This document shows positions 1 to 10,696 of a stretch of DNA of 64,000 bases, in pieces. The notes under the pieces were generated by a model that saw only the letters and a list, made by a program, of their open reading frames with translations, was not told the origin of the DNA and did no database searches. The translations under genes and the position numbers were made by a program. The first letter of the stretch is position 1, and each line of letters opens with the position of its first letter. Source of the stretch: Candidatus Binatus soli (lineage in GTDB: Bacteria; Desulfobacterota; Binatia; Binatales; Binataceae); NCBI GenBank assembly GCA_002479255.1, contig DLMJ01000030.1, positions 41,501 through 105,500 of the forward strand, written 5' to 3'.

Positions 1-1084
<1,084 letters not shown>

Positions 1085-1259
1085 ATGCTCATCCGGTCCC
1101 ATTCTGCCCCAAACATTCTAGCCGCCCGCGCGGTCTATTGCCTATCCCAGTCCCCGCCGAGAAATACGTGAGTATTTCCGCGGCGTTATAGCATGTTGAT
1201 TTGTTGTTGACGTGTCGATTGTGCGATTCTTCTGACTGGTTTTTCGCCCCGGTGGCAGC

Positions 1260-2447
1260 ATGAATGATTATTTGTATGAAGTCGCACGCCGGCTCGTCGC
1301 GTTCGACACGGTCAGCGCAAAAAGCGATCTCGACGCGATGGAATACATCGCAGCCGAGCTCGGACCGCGGGGATTCAAAACCGCGCTTCAACCGGTCGAG
1401 TTGTTCGGAGTGTCGCAGGCCAACCTGGTCGCATGGGTTGGACCGCCGCGCGCCGACGGCCTGATAATTTCAGGACACGTGGACACCGTCCCCTACGACG
1501 GACAGCCAGGATGGGAGCGGGAGCCACTCAAGCTCGAACCGGCGGGCGACCGAATTTATGGCCGCGGCGCCACCGACATGAAAGGATTCATCGCGCAATG
1601 CCTCGACGCGGCGCGCACCCTCGATTCAGCCCGGCTCAAACGCCCCTTGGTATTCGTGTTCACCGCGAGCGAGGAAGTCGGTTGTCTCGGTGCTCATAGC
1701 GTCGCGCCGGCGCTCAAACAAATTTTAGGCGACACGCCGGTCCCGCGGCTGGCGTGGATTGGCGAGCCGACCTCGTACGCAGTGTGTCACGCGCACAAGA
1801 GCATCGTTGCATTCGGCGTAAGCGTCCGCGGCATCGGCGGCCATAGCGGCGCACCGGCCAGGGGCGTCAACGCGATTGCCGTGATGGCGCGCGTGATCGA
1901 CACGATCGGCCGTTTTCAGCAAGAGCTAGCGGCGCGCCGGCCTGCTCAATATGCGGCGATTTTTCCCGACGCGCCGTGCGACGTGCTGAATTTTGGAACG
2001 GTGCAGGGCGGAATCGCACTCAACATGATCGCCGAGGAATGCAAGCTGCGCATCAGCTATCGCACGCTGCCTGACGCCGATCCGCTCGACGTTTACCGTG
2101 AGATCGGGCGCCAGCTCGACGCGCTCGACGGCCACGACTATGCAGGCCGCGAGCACCGCGCGAAAATTGAAGTCGGGCTTTTGAACGTCGTGCCGAGTCT
2201 CGACTCGCCGCGCGGGACGGCTCTGGAAGCCGCGCTGTTCGACGTCACCGGGGCAAATACCTCCGGCGGCGCGGTTTACGCCACCGACGGCGGATGGTTC
2301 ACCGGCTCGGGGATCACGTCGCTCATCTGCGGTCCCGGCGATCTCGAGCAGGCGCATCAGCCCAACGAGCACATCCGCCGCGACGCCTTCGAACGCGGCC
2401 CGGCGATGATCCACAAAGTGATCGAACGCCTGTGCTGCGCCGCGTGA
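1260..2447 (+). CDS. argE: M20 family acetylornithine deacetylase
   Basis: SGHVDTVP, GRGATDMKG, EEVG, AHQPNE M20 motifs. Confidence 0.85.
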   Translation: MNDYLYEVARRLVAFDTVSAKSDLDAMEYIAAELGPRGFKTALQPVELFGVSQANLVAWVGPPRADGLIISGHVDTVPYDGQPGWEREPLKLEPAGDRIYGRGATDMKGFIAQCLDAARTLDSARLKRPLVFVFTASEEVGCLGAHSVAPALKQILGDTPVPRLAWIGEPTSYAVCHAHKSIVAFGVSVRGIGGHSGAPARGVNAIAVMARVIDTIGRFQQELAARRPAQYAAIFPDAPCDVLNFGTVQGGIALNMIAEECKLRISYRTLPDADPLDVYREIGRQLDALDGHDYAGREHRAKIEVGLLNVVPSLDSPRGTALEAALFDVTGANTSGGAVYATDGGWFTGSGITSLICGPGDLEQAHQPNEHIRRDAFERGPAMIHKVIERLCCAA

Positions 2448-2448
2448 T

Positions 2449-3177
2449 TCACTGAACTGAGATAGGTATTCGAACTTCGAACGACGATTCGATCGCGACG
2501 CCGTTGTGCACCGCGGGGAAGAACTTCCACTGCTTGAGCGTGTCGAGTATCACCTGGTTGAGGCGCGGACTCGAGGTCGGCTTTTCAAGCGTCACCTCGC
2601 TGGCGCCGTCGAACGATACTTTGAAGCGCGCGACCGCCTCGGTCTGGATCGCATCCTCGCGCAGATCGTCGGGTATCACCGGCGTCGGCGCGTAAGCCGC
2701 CCGCGCACCCACCGTATCGCTGCCGATTCCGCCGCCCGATCCTCCGCCCGTTTCCGAACCGCCGCTCTCCCCCGCGGCTCCGGCACCCGGAGCTTCCTCG
2801 ACTCCCGGGGCATTCGTCGGTTTTTCGGTGCCGTACTCAGAGCGAATCACCGGCGCCATCGGCGCAGTCTTCTTCACGTGCGTCGCCGGATGGGGTTTGA
2901 CGATCGGTTCGGACTTTGGATGAGGAATCGCCGGCGCCGCGGGATGAATCGCTCCACCTCCGCCCTGCAGCCCGCCGACTTCCCGCGGTATCTCGACCAG
3001 GCGCGCCTCGATCGGCGTCAACTCCTCGCGCGGCGCCGTCGTGCGCATCAGGATGAGCGAAAATCCGCTCAGCAGAATCGCCCAAACTGCGATCGCGGCC
3101 GGGATAATCCACAGCAGGCGCCGCGCCGGCTCGTCCAACTCGGGCGGTCGCATCGCGATGCGGGCTGCATCGGTCAT
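2449..3177 (-). CDS. tonB: TonB family energy transducer
   Basis: N-terminal TM, Pro/Gly-rich linker, C-terminal TonB_C (QWKFFPA); in operon with exbBD. Confidence 0.85.
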   Translation of the reverse strand: MTDAARIAMRPPELDEPARRLLWIIPAAIAVWAILLSGFSLILMRTTAPREELTPIEARLVEIPREVGGLQGGGGAIHPAAPAIPHPKSEPIVKPHPATHVKKTAPMAPVIRSEYGTEKPTNAPGVEEAPGAGAAGESGGSETGGGSGGGIGSDTVGARAAYAPTPVIPDDLREDAIQTEAVARFKVSFDGASEVTLEKPTSSPRLNQVILDTLKQWKFFPAVHNGVAIESSFEVRIPISVQ

Positions 3178-3179
3178 GG

Positions 3180-3578
3180 TTAGTGCTTCACGGCAATCAG
3201 AAATTTCTCGACGCCCGCGCGCCGCGCCTGAATCATCGCCTGCACTACCGTCCCCTCCGCCGCATCGCTGTCCGCGTTAACCAGCACGGCCAGGTCATTC
3301 GTTTTGAGCAGCGGTTTGAGCACGAACGCCAGTTGCTCGAGCGTGGCCGGCGTCTTGTCGATGAAAATATGATTGTCGCGCGTGACGGTCAGCGTGATCG
3401 GCTCGCGATTCTGCAGCGATTCGGCCTCACCCTTGGGCAGATTGACCGCGATCGAGTTGAGACTCTGCATCGACAGCGACGCCAGCATGAACGTCACCAG
3501 CAGAAAGAACATCACGTCGATCATCGGGATGATTTCGATTCGCCCGTGCCGAAAATTGCGCGCTCTTTGCAGTTTCAT
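3180..3578 (-). CDS. exbD: Biopolymer transporter ExbD
   Basis: IIPMIDVMFFLLVTFM signature; start taken at MKLQRARN. Confidence 0.9.
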   Translation of the reverse strand: MKLQRARNFRHGRIEIIPMIDVMFFLLVTFMLASLSMQSLNSIAVNLPKGEAESLQNREPITLTVTRDNHIFIDKTPATLEQLAFVLKPLLKTNDLAVLVNADSDAAEGTVVQAMIQARRAGVEKFLIAVKH

Positions 3579-3603
3579 CGCATCTCCGCCGCCCTGCGCG
3601 CGC

Positions 3604-4278
3604 TCATCGCGCCACCGCCGCCGGGCGCGGGCCAACCGCGGACTCGCCGCCTCCTTCCTGGTCGAGCCGTATATGATCGACGAGCCGCGAGCCCAGCCGC
3701 TCCATCGTGTCGAGCGATTGCGATTGCATCCGGGAAAAGAGGTTGAATGCGAACAGCGCGAGCACCGCGATCAGCAGACCGAGCGCCGTGGCAATCAGCG
3801 CCTGCGCCACTCCGGCGGTTACTTGCGTCGGCGCGACCAGCGTTGACGCTCCGATCACGTTGAACGACTGCATCATGCCCGTGATGGTGCCGAGCAGACC
3901 GAGCAGCGGCGCCGCGGTCACGATCGTCTCGAGCACCCAGAGTCCGCGTGCGAGCGTCTTTTCGATCCGGCCGGCCTCATCGCCGGCTCTCGATTCGACC
4001 CACCACGCGGGCTTGTTGCGATTGTCGGCGATCACTTGAAGGAAGCGTCCGTAGGCGTTGCGCGGGCCGAGTACGCCCAACTGCTTCTCGAGTTCGACCC
4101 ACGAAAATCCGAACGTCTCGACCAGTTCTGCAAGTTCCGCCGGCAGCCGCAGGCATCGCGCATAGAGCACGGCCCGGTCGATGATGATCGCGATTGCGAG
4201 AACGCCCAGCGCCAGCAGCGGATACACCATCGCGCCGCCGAATTTGATCGCGTTCCACGCTACAAATAGTTCCTGCAT
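3604..4278 (-). CDS. exbB: MotA/TolQ/ExbB proton channel
   Basis: APLLGLLGTITGMM and ALIATALGL motifs. Confidence 0.92.
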   Translation of the reverse strand: MQELFVAWNAIKFGGAMVYPLLALGVLAIAIIIDRAVLYARCLRLPAELAELVETFGFSWVELEKQLGVLGPRNAYGRFLQVIADNRNKPAWWVESRAGDEAGRIEKTLARGLWVLETIVTAAPLLGLLGTITGMMQSFNVIGASTLVAPTQVTAGVAQALIATALGLLIAVLALFAFNLFSRMQSQSLDTMERLGSRLVDHIRLDQEGGGESAVGPRPAAVAR

Positions 4279-4324
4279 TAATCAGTTCTCCTTACGATCT
4301 GACGCCCGGCACCCGGGTTGCGTT

Positions 4325-6727
4325 TCATGGCGCCTGCACGCCGGCGGGTTTTGTGAATGGAAGTTCCCATTTTATCCCGCCGTATAACGCCCGGCGAGGG
4401 CCGTATTGATCGGCAAACACGCCGACACCGGTGCCGTTTCGAACCAGGTAAGTGTGGTCGGCGAGATTCACGATCGCGGTGCGAAATTCGAGCACGCCTC
4501 GATTGTCGGGTAGCGGTACGCGCTTGCTGATGCCCGCATCGACCTGGACATAGAACGGCAGGTTCCCGGTATTCGCGAATCCGCTTCTAAGTCCGCTTCC
4601 GTAAATCCCATCGATGCTGAACGCGAATCCATGCCAGTTGTAAACGACTCCGGCGGAATTGGTGAACGTCTGGTCGTGATCCAGAAAGACATAATGACTA
4701 TTGATGTAGCTAAGCTCGGCGGGCGTGAAGTTGAATTGCCCCGATTCCACCTGCGTACCCTGCGCGACGCTATAGGCGAAGTTCTCGTAGGCGTAGATAT
4801 TTTCGTGAGTGTACGAACTCGTGAACTCGACTCCCCAAACGCGCCCCTTTGCGTAGTTGAATGTTTCGAAGATGAGCGCCGGCCCGAACTGTCCCTCGTC
4901 GATAAGATCGGCGGCCTTCTTGTAATAGGAATCGATGCCGACGTTCAGTCCGGGAATGACCTCTTGCGTAGCTCCCACATCAAACAAATGGTCGCGCTCG
5001 ACCGTCGGCGTGCCGTTGCCCTTCGAAGGAGGCGCCCCTGTAGTGCCTTCGAGCTGCTTGATATCGCTGACCAGCACCAGTTCGGTTTCAGGGGGCGTCA
5101 TCTGGCGGGCATAGCCGGCGTGCAGAGTAGTGCCCTTGAACGGAGTGTACACCAGCGCAACGCGGGGACTGGCCTGGTCCGCTCGCACCAGGCCGTCGTA
5201 CAGGTCGAAGCGGACGCCGTAATTCAACGTCAATTTTTCCGCCAGCTTCCATTCGTCCTGGATGTAGCCGCTGTAAATCCAGGTTTGCAGCGCGAGGTCG
5301 TCAACGAACGAGATCGGTGTGGTCTCAGGCACTCCGCCCACGATTTTGAATGTTGACTCATGATTGTCGATCTCGGCGCGCTCGGCGTCGAAATACCCGC
5401 CGAGTCGAAAAGTGTGATCGGCAACTCCGTGGTAAGCCGTGTCGATCTGAAAACCGTTGCCCCAGTCGCTGCGAAAAACCCTCGACGCGGCGCCGTTATA
5501 GATCAGGTCGCCCGTGTGGTCCGGATTGAAAGTAACCGCCGAGTAACGGCTGAACGGCGCGATCTGGTAATCGAAATCCGATCCAATGACTCCCTGCAGC
5601 GCCAGCACGTTGAAGTAGTTTTGCTCGAACTGGTTGTCGCGGACTTTCGCCGACGGATAGACGGGCACCCCTGCCAGCACGAACACCTGCGGCTGATTCG
5701 GGTTCGCGGGAATCTGAAAGTGATTGATCGCGGTCCCCGTGATCAAGCTCAGCCGCATCGTGGAATTTAGAAAGTACGAGAAGTATCCGAAGCCGGCGCC
5801 CTGGTTGCTCGTGTCGTGAATCGCCGTGGGTCCGGGCGTCGGCGGCTCGACTCCGCGATCAGTGCCGAGATATTGGCCCGTCACGAAGTAGCTGAAGTTG
5901 CCCTTCGATCCGCCGTACTCGAAACTCGGCTGCGTGGTCCCGCGCTGCCCGCCGTAGAAATCAACGTCGGCCAGGTTGTCGAGCAGCCCGTCTTTGGTCT
6001 TGATATCGACGATTCCTGCCGTTCGCAGGCCGAACTGCGCCGGCAGCACACCCGTCAGCAGGCTGATCGAGTTGGCGAAGCGCGGACTAAGCACCTGCCC
6101 GAAACCGGTGATGCCTTCGGGAAGCTGGACCCCATTTATCCGGTACTGAAGATTGGCGTGGTCTCCGCGCACGTGGATCTGTCCGTACGAATCCTGCGCG
6201 ACGCCCGGCGCCTGCAGTATCACCTGGTTCAGAGGCGTGTTCGCGCCCTGCGGCAATTGCTGGATCGCCTGCTCGCTGAACGTGTATTTGCTGCCGCCCG
6301 TGTCCGGCGACAAAGAGTTGCGCGCCTTGTTCAGCCGCGTCGCAGCGACCTTGAGGCTAACCTCCTTTTCGGCTTCCATCGCGAGCACCAATGGCGCGGC
6401 GCCCTTCGTCGAGACCGTCACGATCTCCGTCGCCGTCTTGAATCCTTCCTTGGTCGCCACGACCGCATAGGCGCCGCGCGCCCCCACGCTTAACGAAAAT
6501 TCACCCGCATCGTTGCTCGAAGAATGAGCCACAACCCGCCCGTTGGAGGCCTGCAGCCGGATCGCCGCTTGCTTGATCGGTCTGCCGAGCGCGTCTTTCA
6601 CCACGCCCGTGATTCGATATTTCGTGGTCGTCGAGGTTTTCAAATTAGCCGCCACCGCGGCCGTGCAAATAGCCAGCTGAATCAGGAACCCGGCAACCGA
6701 GATCCATAAAAATAAATTCCTTCGCAT
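4325..6727 (-). CDS. TonB-dependent receptor with N-terminal carboxypeptidase-regulatory-like domain
   Basis: Signal peptide, GVVKDALGRPI domain, plug (PGV...IHVRG...INGV), barrel motifs (YIQDEW, NYGVRFD, SPRVALVY); next to tonB-exbBD. Confidence 0.92.
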   Translation of the reverse strand: MRRNLFLWISVAGFLIQLAICTAAVAANLKTSTTTKYRITGVVKDALGRPIKQAAIRLQASNGRVVAHSSSNDAGEFSLSVGARGAYAVVATKEGFKTATEIVTVSTKGAAPLVLAMEAEKEVSLKVAATRLNKARNSLSPDTGGSKYTFSEQAIQQLPQGANTPLNQVILQAPGVAQDSYGQIHVRGDHANLQYRINGVQLPEGITGFGQVLSPRFANSISLLTGVLPAQFGLRTAGIVDIKTKDGLLDNLADVDFYGGQRGTTQPSFEYGGSKGNFSYFVTGQYLGTDRGVEPPTPGPTAIHDTSNQGAGFGYFSYFLNSTMRLSLITGTAINHFQIPANPNQPQVFVLAGVPVYPSAKVRDNQFEQNYFNVLALQGVIGSDFDYQIAPFSRYSAVTFNPDHTGDLIYNGAASRVFRSDWGNGFQIDTAYHGVADHTFRLGGYFDAERAEIDNHESTFKIVGGVPETTPISFVDDLALQTWIYSGYIQDEWKLAEKLTLNYGVRFDLYDGLVRADQASPRVALVYTPFKGTTLHAGYARQMTPPETELVLVSDIKQLEGTTGAPPSKGNGTPTVERDHLFDVGATQEVIPGLNVGIDSYYKKAADLIDEGQFGPALIFETFNYAKGRVWGVEFTSSYTHENIYAYENFAYSVAQGTQVESGQFNFTPAELSYINSHYVFLDHDQTFTNSAGVVYNWHGFAFSIDGIYGSGLRSGFANTGNLPFYVQVDAGISKRVPLPDNRGVLEFRTAIVNLADHTYLVRNGTGVGVFADQYGPRRALYGGIKWELPFTKPAGVQAP

Positions 6728-6833
6728 CGCAACCTCTCATAACGTTCAAGATCCTCCCGCGCTTTCCGGACGCGAGTGGCGCCGCGCGAACTGATCGCGC
6801 GCACCCTGACAATCGGATGGGTGGAAAAGGGGC

Positions 6834-7169
6834 TTAGAGCGATACGGGCGGAGCGCGCACGCGCGCAGCCGAGAAGACCGGCGACTCGGATCGGATTGGC
6901 GCGGCGATGAATATCGTCCCGGCTATCGCCGGTCCGCGCGTGACGGTCGCCGCCGATGCAACCGAGCCCGGCGAATGCAACGCGAGTTGACAAACGGGAC
7001 AGCGTCCCTCGTCAGCACTGAGCGCGGCGGTTACGACCCTGTCGCGCGAAACGGCGCCCTCATGAAAATGAGCCGCGCCAATCGCCTGCGACACGAGTAT
7101 TAGCGCCGCGCCAAAGATCGCGATCGCGCGCGCCGCCGCTCGGCCGCCTTTGTGAAACCTGGATAGCAT
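6834..7169 (-). CDS. DUF2946-like leader protein (CxxC and C-terminal RAPP; CruR/CutF-like)
   Basis: Hydrophobic N-terminus, HFH, CPVC, ends ...ARVRAPPVSL, directly upstream of the TBDR. Confidence 0.8.
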   Translation of the reverse strand: MLSRFHKGGRAAARAIAIFGAALILVSQAIGAAHFHEGAVSRDRVVTAALSADEGRCPVCQLALHSPGSVASAATVTRGPAIAGTIFIAAPIRSESPVFSAARVRAPPVSL

Positions 7170-7346
7170 CGGATCTTGCCCGGCACGGATGACTGCCGCC
7201 GGACTCTATCTCGGGTCAAGCGTGCCGTTTGACAACCAGATATGTCAAGCGCCCCCCGCTCTCCCCCCTTCCCCCTGCTGAAACATCCCACGTTTGGCGA
7301 AACTCCAAAAATACGGCTAAGTTGGCTGCGAGACAGGAGGATCGGC

Positions 7347-8198
7347 ATGAACCAGTTCAACGTCGGCGACGTCAAGATAACCCGGATCATCGAAAGCGAG
7401 GCGCCATGGCCGGGCACCTTCATCATGCCCGACGCCACCCGCGAGAATGCCCTGAAAGAAGCCGACTGGCTCTATCCCACCTTCTCCGACGAAAAGGGCA
7501 ACCTCCGCATGAGCATCCACGCGTTGGTGGTTGAATCGCAGGGCAAGCGCATCATCGTCGATACCTGCATCGGCAACGACAAGGTTCGTTCGAACCCGGT
7601 GTGGAGCAATCTGAAGCTGCCGTTTCTGAGCGACCTGGGAAAAGCGGGTCACACGCGCGACCAGATCGATCGCGTCATCTGTACGCATCTGCACGTGGAC
7701 CACGTGGGGTGGAATACGATGCTCAAGGACGGCAAGTGGGTGCCGACGTTCCCCAACGCCCGCTACCTGATCGGCGGCACCGAGTGGGATTACTGGTCGA
7801 AGTTCGACGGCAAGGACATGCGCGATCCGGTCGAGGATTCGGTGCGTCCGATTGTTGACACAGGGATGGCCGATCTGATCGACTCGAACTTTCGCGTCAC
7901 CGACGAAGTATGGCTCGAGCCGACGCCGGGCCACACTCCCGGACATCACAGCGTGCGGATTTCGTCGAAAGGGCGGGAAGCCGTGATCACCGGCGATCTG
8001 ATGCATCATCCGATTCAATGCCGATATCCCGAATGGGACGACTTGTTCGATTCCGACGGCGCGATGGCGAAGAAGACGCGACGCGCGTTCTGCGAGAAGT
8101 ACGCAGACACCAACGTCGTCGTTTTCGGGACGCATTTTGCCACGCCATCGGCGGGAAAGATCGTGAAGAAGGGCGACTCGTTCAGATTCACGGCCTGA
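7347..8198 (+). CDS. MBL-fold metallo-hydrolase
   Basis: THLHVDHVG, TPGHTPGH, GDLMH motifs; AGGAGG RBS before MNQFNV. Confidence 0.9.
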   Translation: MNQFNVGDVKITRIIESEAPWPGTFIMPDATRENALKEADWLYPTFSDEKGNLRMSIHALVVESQGKRIIVDTCIGNDKVRSNPVWSNLKLPFLSDLGKAGHTRDQIDRVICTHLHVDHVGWNTMLKDGKWVPTFPNARYLIGGTEWDYWSKFDGKDMRDPVEDSVRPIVDTGMADLIDSNFRVTDEVWLEPTPGHTPGHHSVRISSKGREAVITGDLMHHPIQCRYPEWDDLFDSDGAMAKKTRRAFCEKYADTNVVVFGTHFATPSAGKIVKKGDSFRFTA

Positions 8199-8205
8199 GC
8201 CAGGC

Positions 8206-9993
8206 GTGCAGCGCGACATTCCAGAGCCGTCCCCGGCGCCGCGCGAGCTGACGGGTCGCGGTATCGCGCTCGGCATCGCCTTGGCGCTGATCCTCGGCGC
8301 GGCAAACGCCTATCTGGGCCTGTACGCGGGCCTGACCGTATCCGCGAGCATCCCGGCCGCCGTGATCTCGATGGCAATTCTGCGGATTCTCGGCGGCTCG
8401 ACGATCCTCGAGAACAACGTGGTGCAAACGATCGCATCGGCGGGCGAGGCGGTCGCGGCCGGCGCGATCTTCACGTTTCCGGCGCTGGTGATTCTGGGCG
8501 GCGTGAGAGCGCTGCCGTACGTCGAGGTGACGGCGCTATGCGTCGTTGGCGCGACGATGGGCGCACTGATGGTTGTGTTCCTGCGCCGCGCGTACATCGT
8601 CGAGGAGCGGCTGCCGTTTCCCGAAGGGGTAGCGTGCGCGCAGGTGCTTCGCGCCGGTGATGCACAGGCAAATGTTCGCCCCCTCGTAGCAGGCGGTTTG
8701 ATCTCGGCGGCTCTCAAAGCGCTTCAGGACGTCGCCGGAATTATTCCGGGCGCAGTCTCGGGCGCGCGATGGGTCGGCAGCGCGGCGGTGGCCGGGTCGC
8801 TCGATATTTCGGCGGCGCTGCTCGGCATCGGTTATATAGTAGGAATCAGGATCGCAGCGCTGGTATTCGCCGGCGGAGCATTCGCGTGGCTGGTCGCGAT
8901 TCCGGTGCTCACGGCGTTTCATCCCGGGCACGGGACTGGCGACGCCGCCGCGACCGCGTCGCAACTGTGGAGCAGCCAGGTGCGCTATCTCGGGGTCGGT
9001 GCGATGCTCACCGGTGGAGTCGTAACACTATGGCGGTTGCGCACCCGCATCGCGTCCGCGATCGTTGACAGCATCCGGATCGTGCGGTCGACGCAGGCAG
9101 CCGTCGCGACCGCCCGCGAGGACACCGATCTTCCGGCGCGCGCGGTGCTGACCGCGGTGGCGCTTTGCGTTCCGGTTATCTTCGCCATCTGCCTGGGGCT
9201 GAGCGGGCAGGTCGCGCTCAGCGCGGCGCTGGCAGTTATCCTGACGTTGATCTGTTTTTTCGCGACGGCGATCGCCGGCTATCTGACCGGAATAGTCGGC
9301 GCGTCGAACAATCCCGTCTCGGGCGTCACGGTGATTGTGTTGCTCGCCGTGGCGCTGTTTCTGAAATTGGCCGGCGTGTCACAAAGCGTCGGACCGCAAC
9401 TGGCGATTCTTTCGGGCGCGATCGTGTGCACGGCGGCTGCGATGGCGGGTGATTCCACTCACGACCTAGCGACCGGTTATCACGTCGGCGCAACGCCGCG
9501 CTCGCTCGAAATCGGCGTGCTGGTCGGCGCGATCGCATCGTCATTCGTAATGGCGCCGATTCTGAATCTGCTGATCGCCGGCTACGGAATAGCAGGCACT
9601 GCGACCGCGCGAGCCGGCGCGCTTGCCGCTCCGCAAGCGTTTCTGATGGCGAAAGTTACGCAGGGAGTTTTTCACGGCGGATTGCCGCTGGGAACCATAG
9701 CAGCGGGCGCCGCACTCGCGGCGATTCTCGGATTCAGCGATCGCTATCTGGAACGGATCGGATCGAAGTGGCGCACGCCGATCATGCCCGCCGCGATCGG
9801 TCTCTACCTTCCGTTGGGACTCAGCGTAACGATTTTTATCGGCGCACTCGCGCACTCGCTTTTTGGACCCGAAGATGCGGCCGAGAGCGGTCCTGGTATT
9901 CTGCTGGCGGCCGGTCTGGTGGCGGGCGAGGCGCTGATGGGCGTTGCGAGCGGCGCGATGGTCACGGCGGGAGTCAGGCTGCCGATCTTCTGA
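8206..9993 (+). CDS. OPT family oligopeptide transporter
   Basis: NAYLGLYAGLTVSASIPAAVIS, ENNVVQT, LPFPEG, SNNPVSG motifs; many TMs. Confidence 0.92.
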   Translation: MQRDIPEPSPAPRELTGRGIALGIALALILGAANAYLGLYAGLTVSASIPAAVISMAILRILGGSTILENNVVQTIASAGEAVAAGAIFTFPALVILGGVRALPYVEVTALCVVGATMGALMVVFLRRAYIVEERLPFPEGVACAQVLRAGDAQANVRPLVAGGLISAALKALQDVAGIIPGAVSGARWVGSAAVAGSLDISAALLGIGYIVGIRIAALVFAGGAFAWLVAIPVLTAFHPGHGTGDAAATASQLWSSQVRYLGVGAMLTGGVVTLWRLRTRIASAIVDSIRIVRSTQAAVATAREDTDLPARAVLTAVALCVPVIFAICLGLSGQVALSAALAVILTLICFFATAIAGYLTGIVGASNNPVSGVTVIVLLAVALFLKLAGVSQSVGPQLAILSGAIVCTAAAMAGDSTHDLATGYHVGATPRSLEIGVLVGAIASSFVMAPILNLLIAGYGIAGTATARAGALAAPQAFLMAKVTQGVFHGGLPLGTIAAGAALAAILGFSDRYLERIGSKWRTPIMPAAIGLYLPLGLSVTIFIGALAHSLFGPEDAAESGPGILLAAGLVAGEALMGVASGAMVTAGVRLPIF

Positions 9994-10195
9994 TCTGACT
10001 TAGCCGAGCGACTGGTATCTAAGCCTCGCCGGCGCGGCCACGGCAGCGCTGCACTCCGGCACGCCCCCCCTCTCCGAACTTGCCGCTGCCATTGCCGTCA
10101 AATTGATGGGGCATGCTCCCCGCTCGGGCATGCTGGCCGGACGGAGTCGAATCTCGCATGTTCGCTCCTGCAAGCGCCACGGAGAGAGCGTTCAA

Positions 10196-10696
10196 CTATT
10201 TGCGCATCTGGCGCAATTGCCGATGGGTTAGCATCCAGCGCAGCTCGCCGCCGCCACGTTCAAAGCGCGGGGCCAGGTCCATCGCGATACATCCCCCGGT
10301 CTTCAACTTCAGATGAGTGACATCGCCTGCGCCGGTCAGCAGAATCGACGCGATGGCGCTCAGTTGCGGCTCGTGTCCGACGATCATCACCTCGCCATAC
10401 TTTGCAAATGCGCGCAGCGCGGCCACCGCGTCGGCGGGCGCCACACCGGTCGCGAGTGCGGGCAGCACCTGCGGCGGCGGAGTATTTTCGTAGGCCGCTG
10501 AGACAATCTCGGCGGTTTCCGCGGCGCGCGCGAGCGGACTGGTCAGAATCACATCAAACTTCAGACCCATCGCGCGCAGACCGGCGGCCGCTCCGCGCAT
10601 TTTTTCCTTCGAACGTTCCGTGAGCTTGCGCGCGCCGTCGTCGCCGCTCGATGCGGCCTCTTCGGCCGTCGCGTGACGCAGAATATAGAGCATCAT
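10196..10696 (-). CDS. sixA: SixA-type phosphohistidine phosphatase
   Basis: LRHA, TSPLARAAETA, VGHEP histidine-phosphatase motifs. Confidence 0.88.
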   Translation of the reverse strand: MMLYILRHATAEEAASSGDDGARKLTERSKEKMRGAAAGLRAMGLKFDVILTSPLARAAETAEIVSAAYENTPPPQVLPALATGVAPADAVAALRAFAKYGEVMIVGHEPQLSAIASILLTGAGDVTHLKLKTGGCIAMDLAPRFERGGGELRWMLTHRQLRQMRK

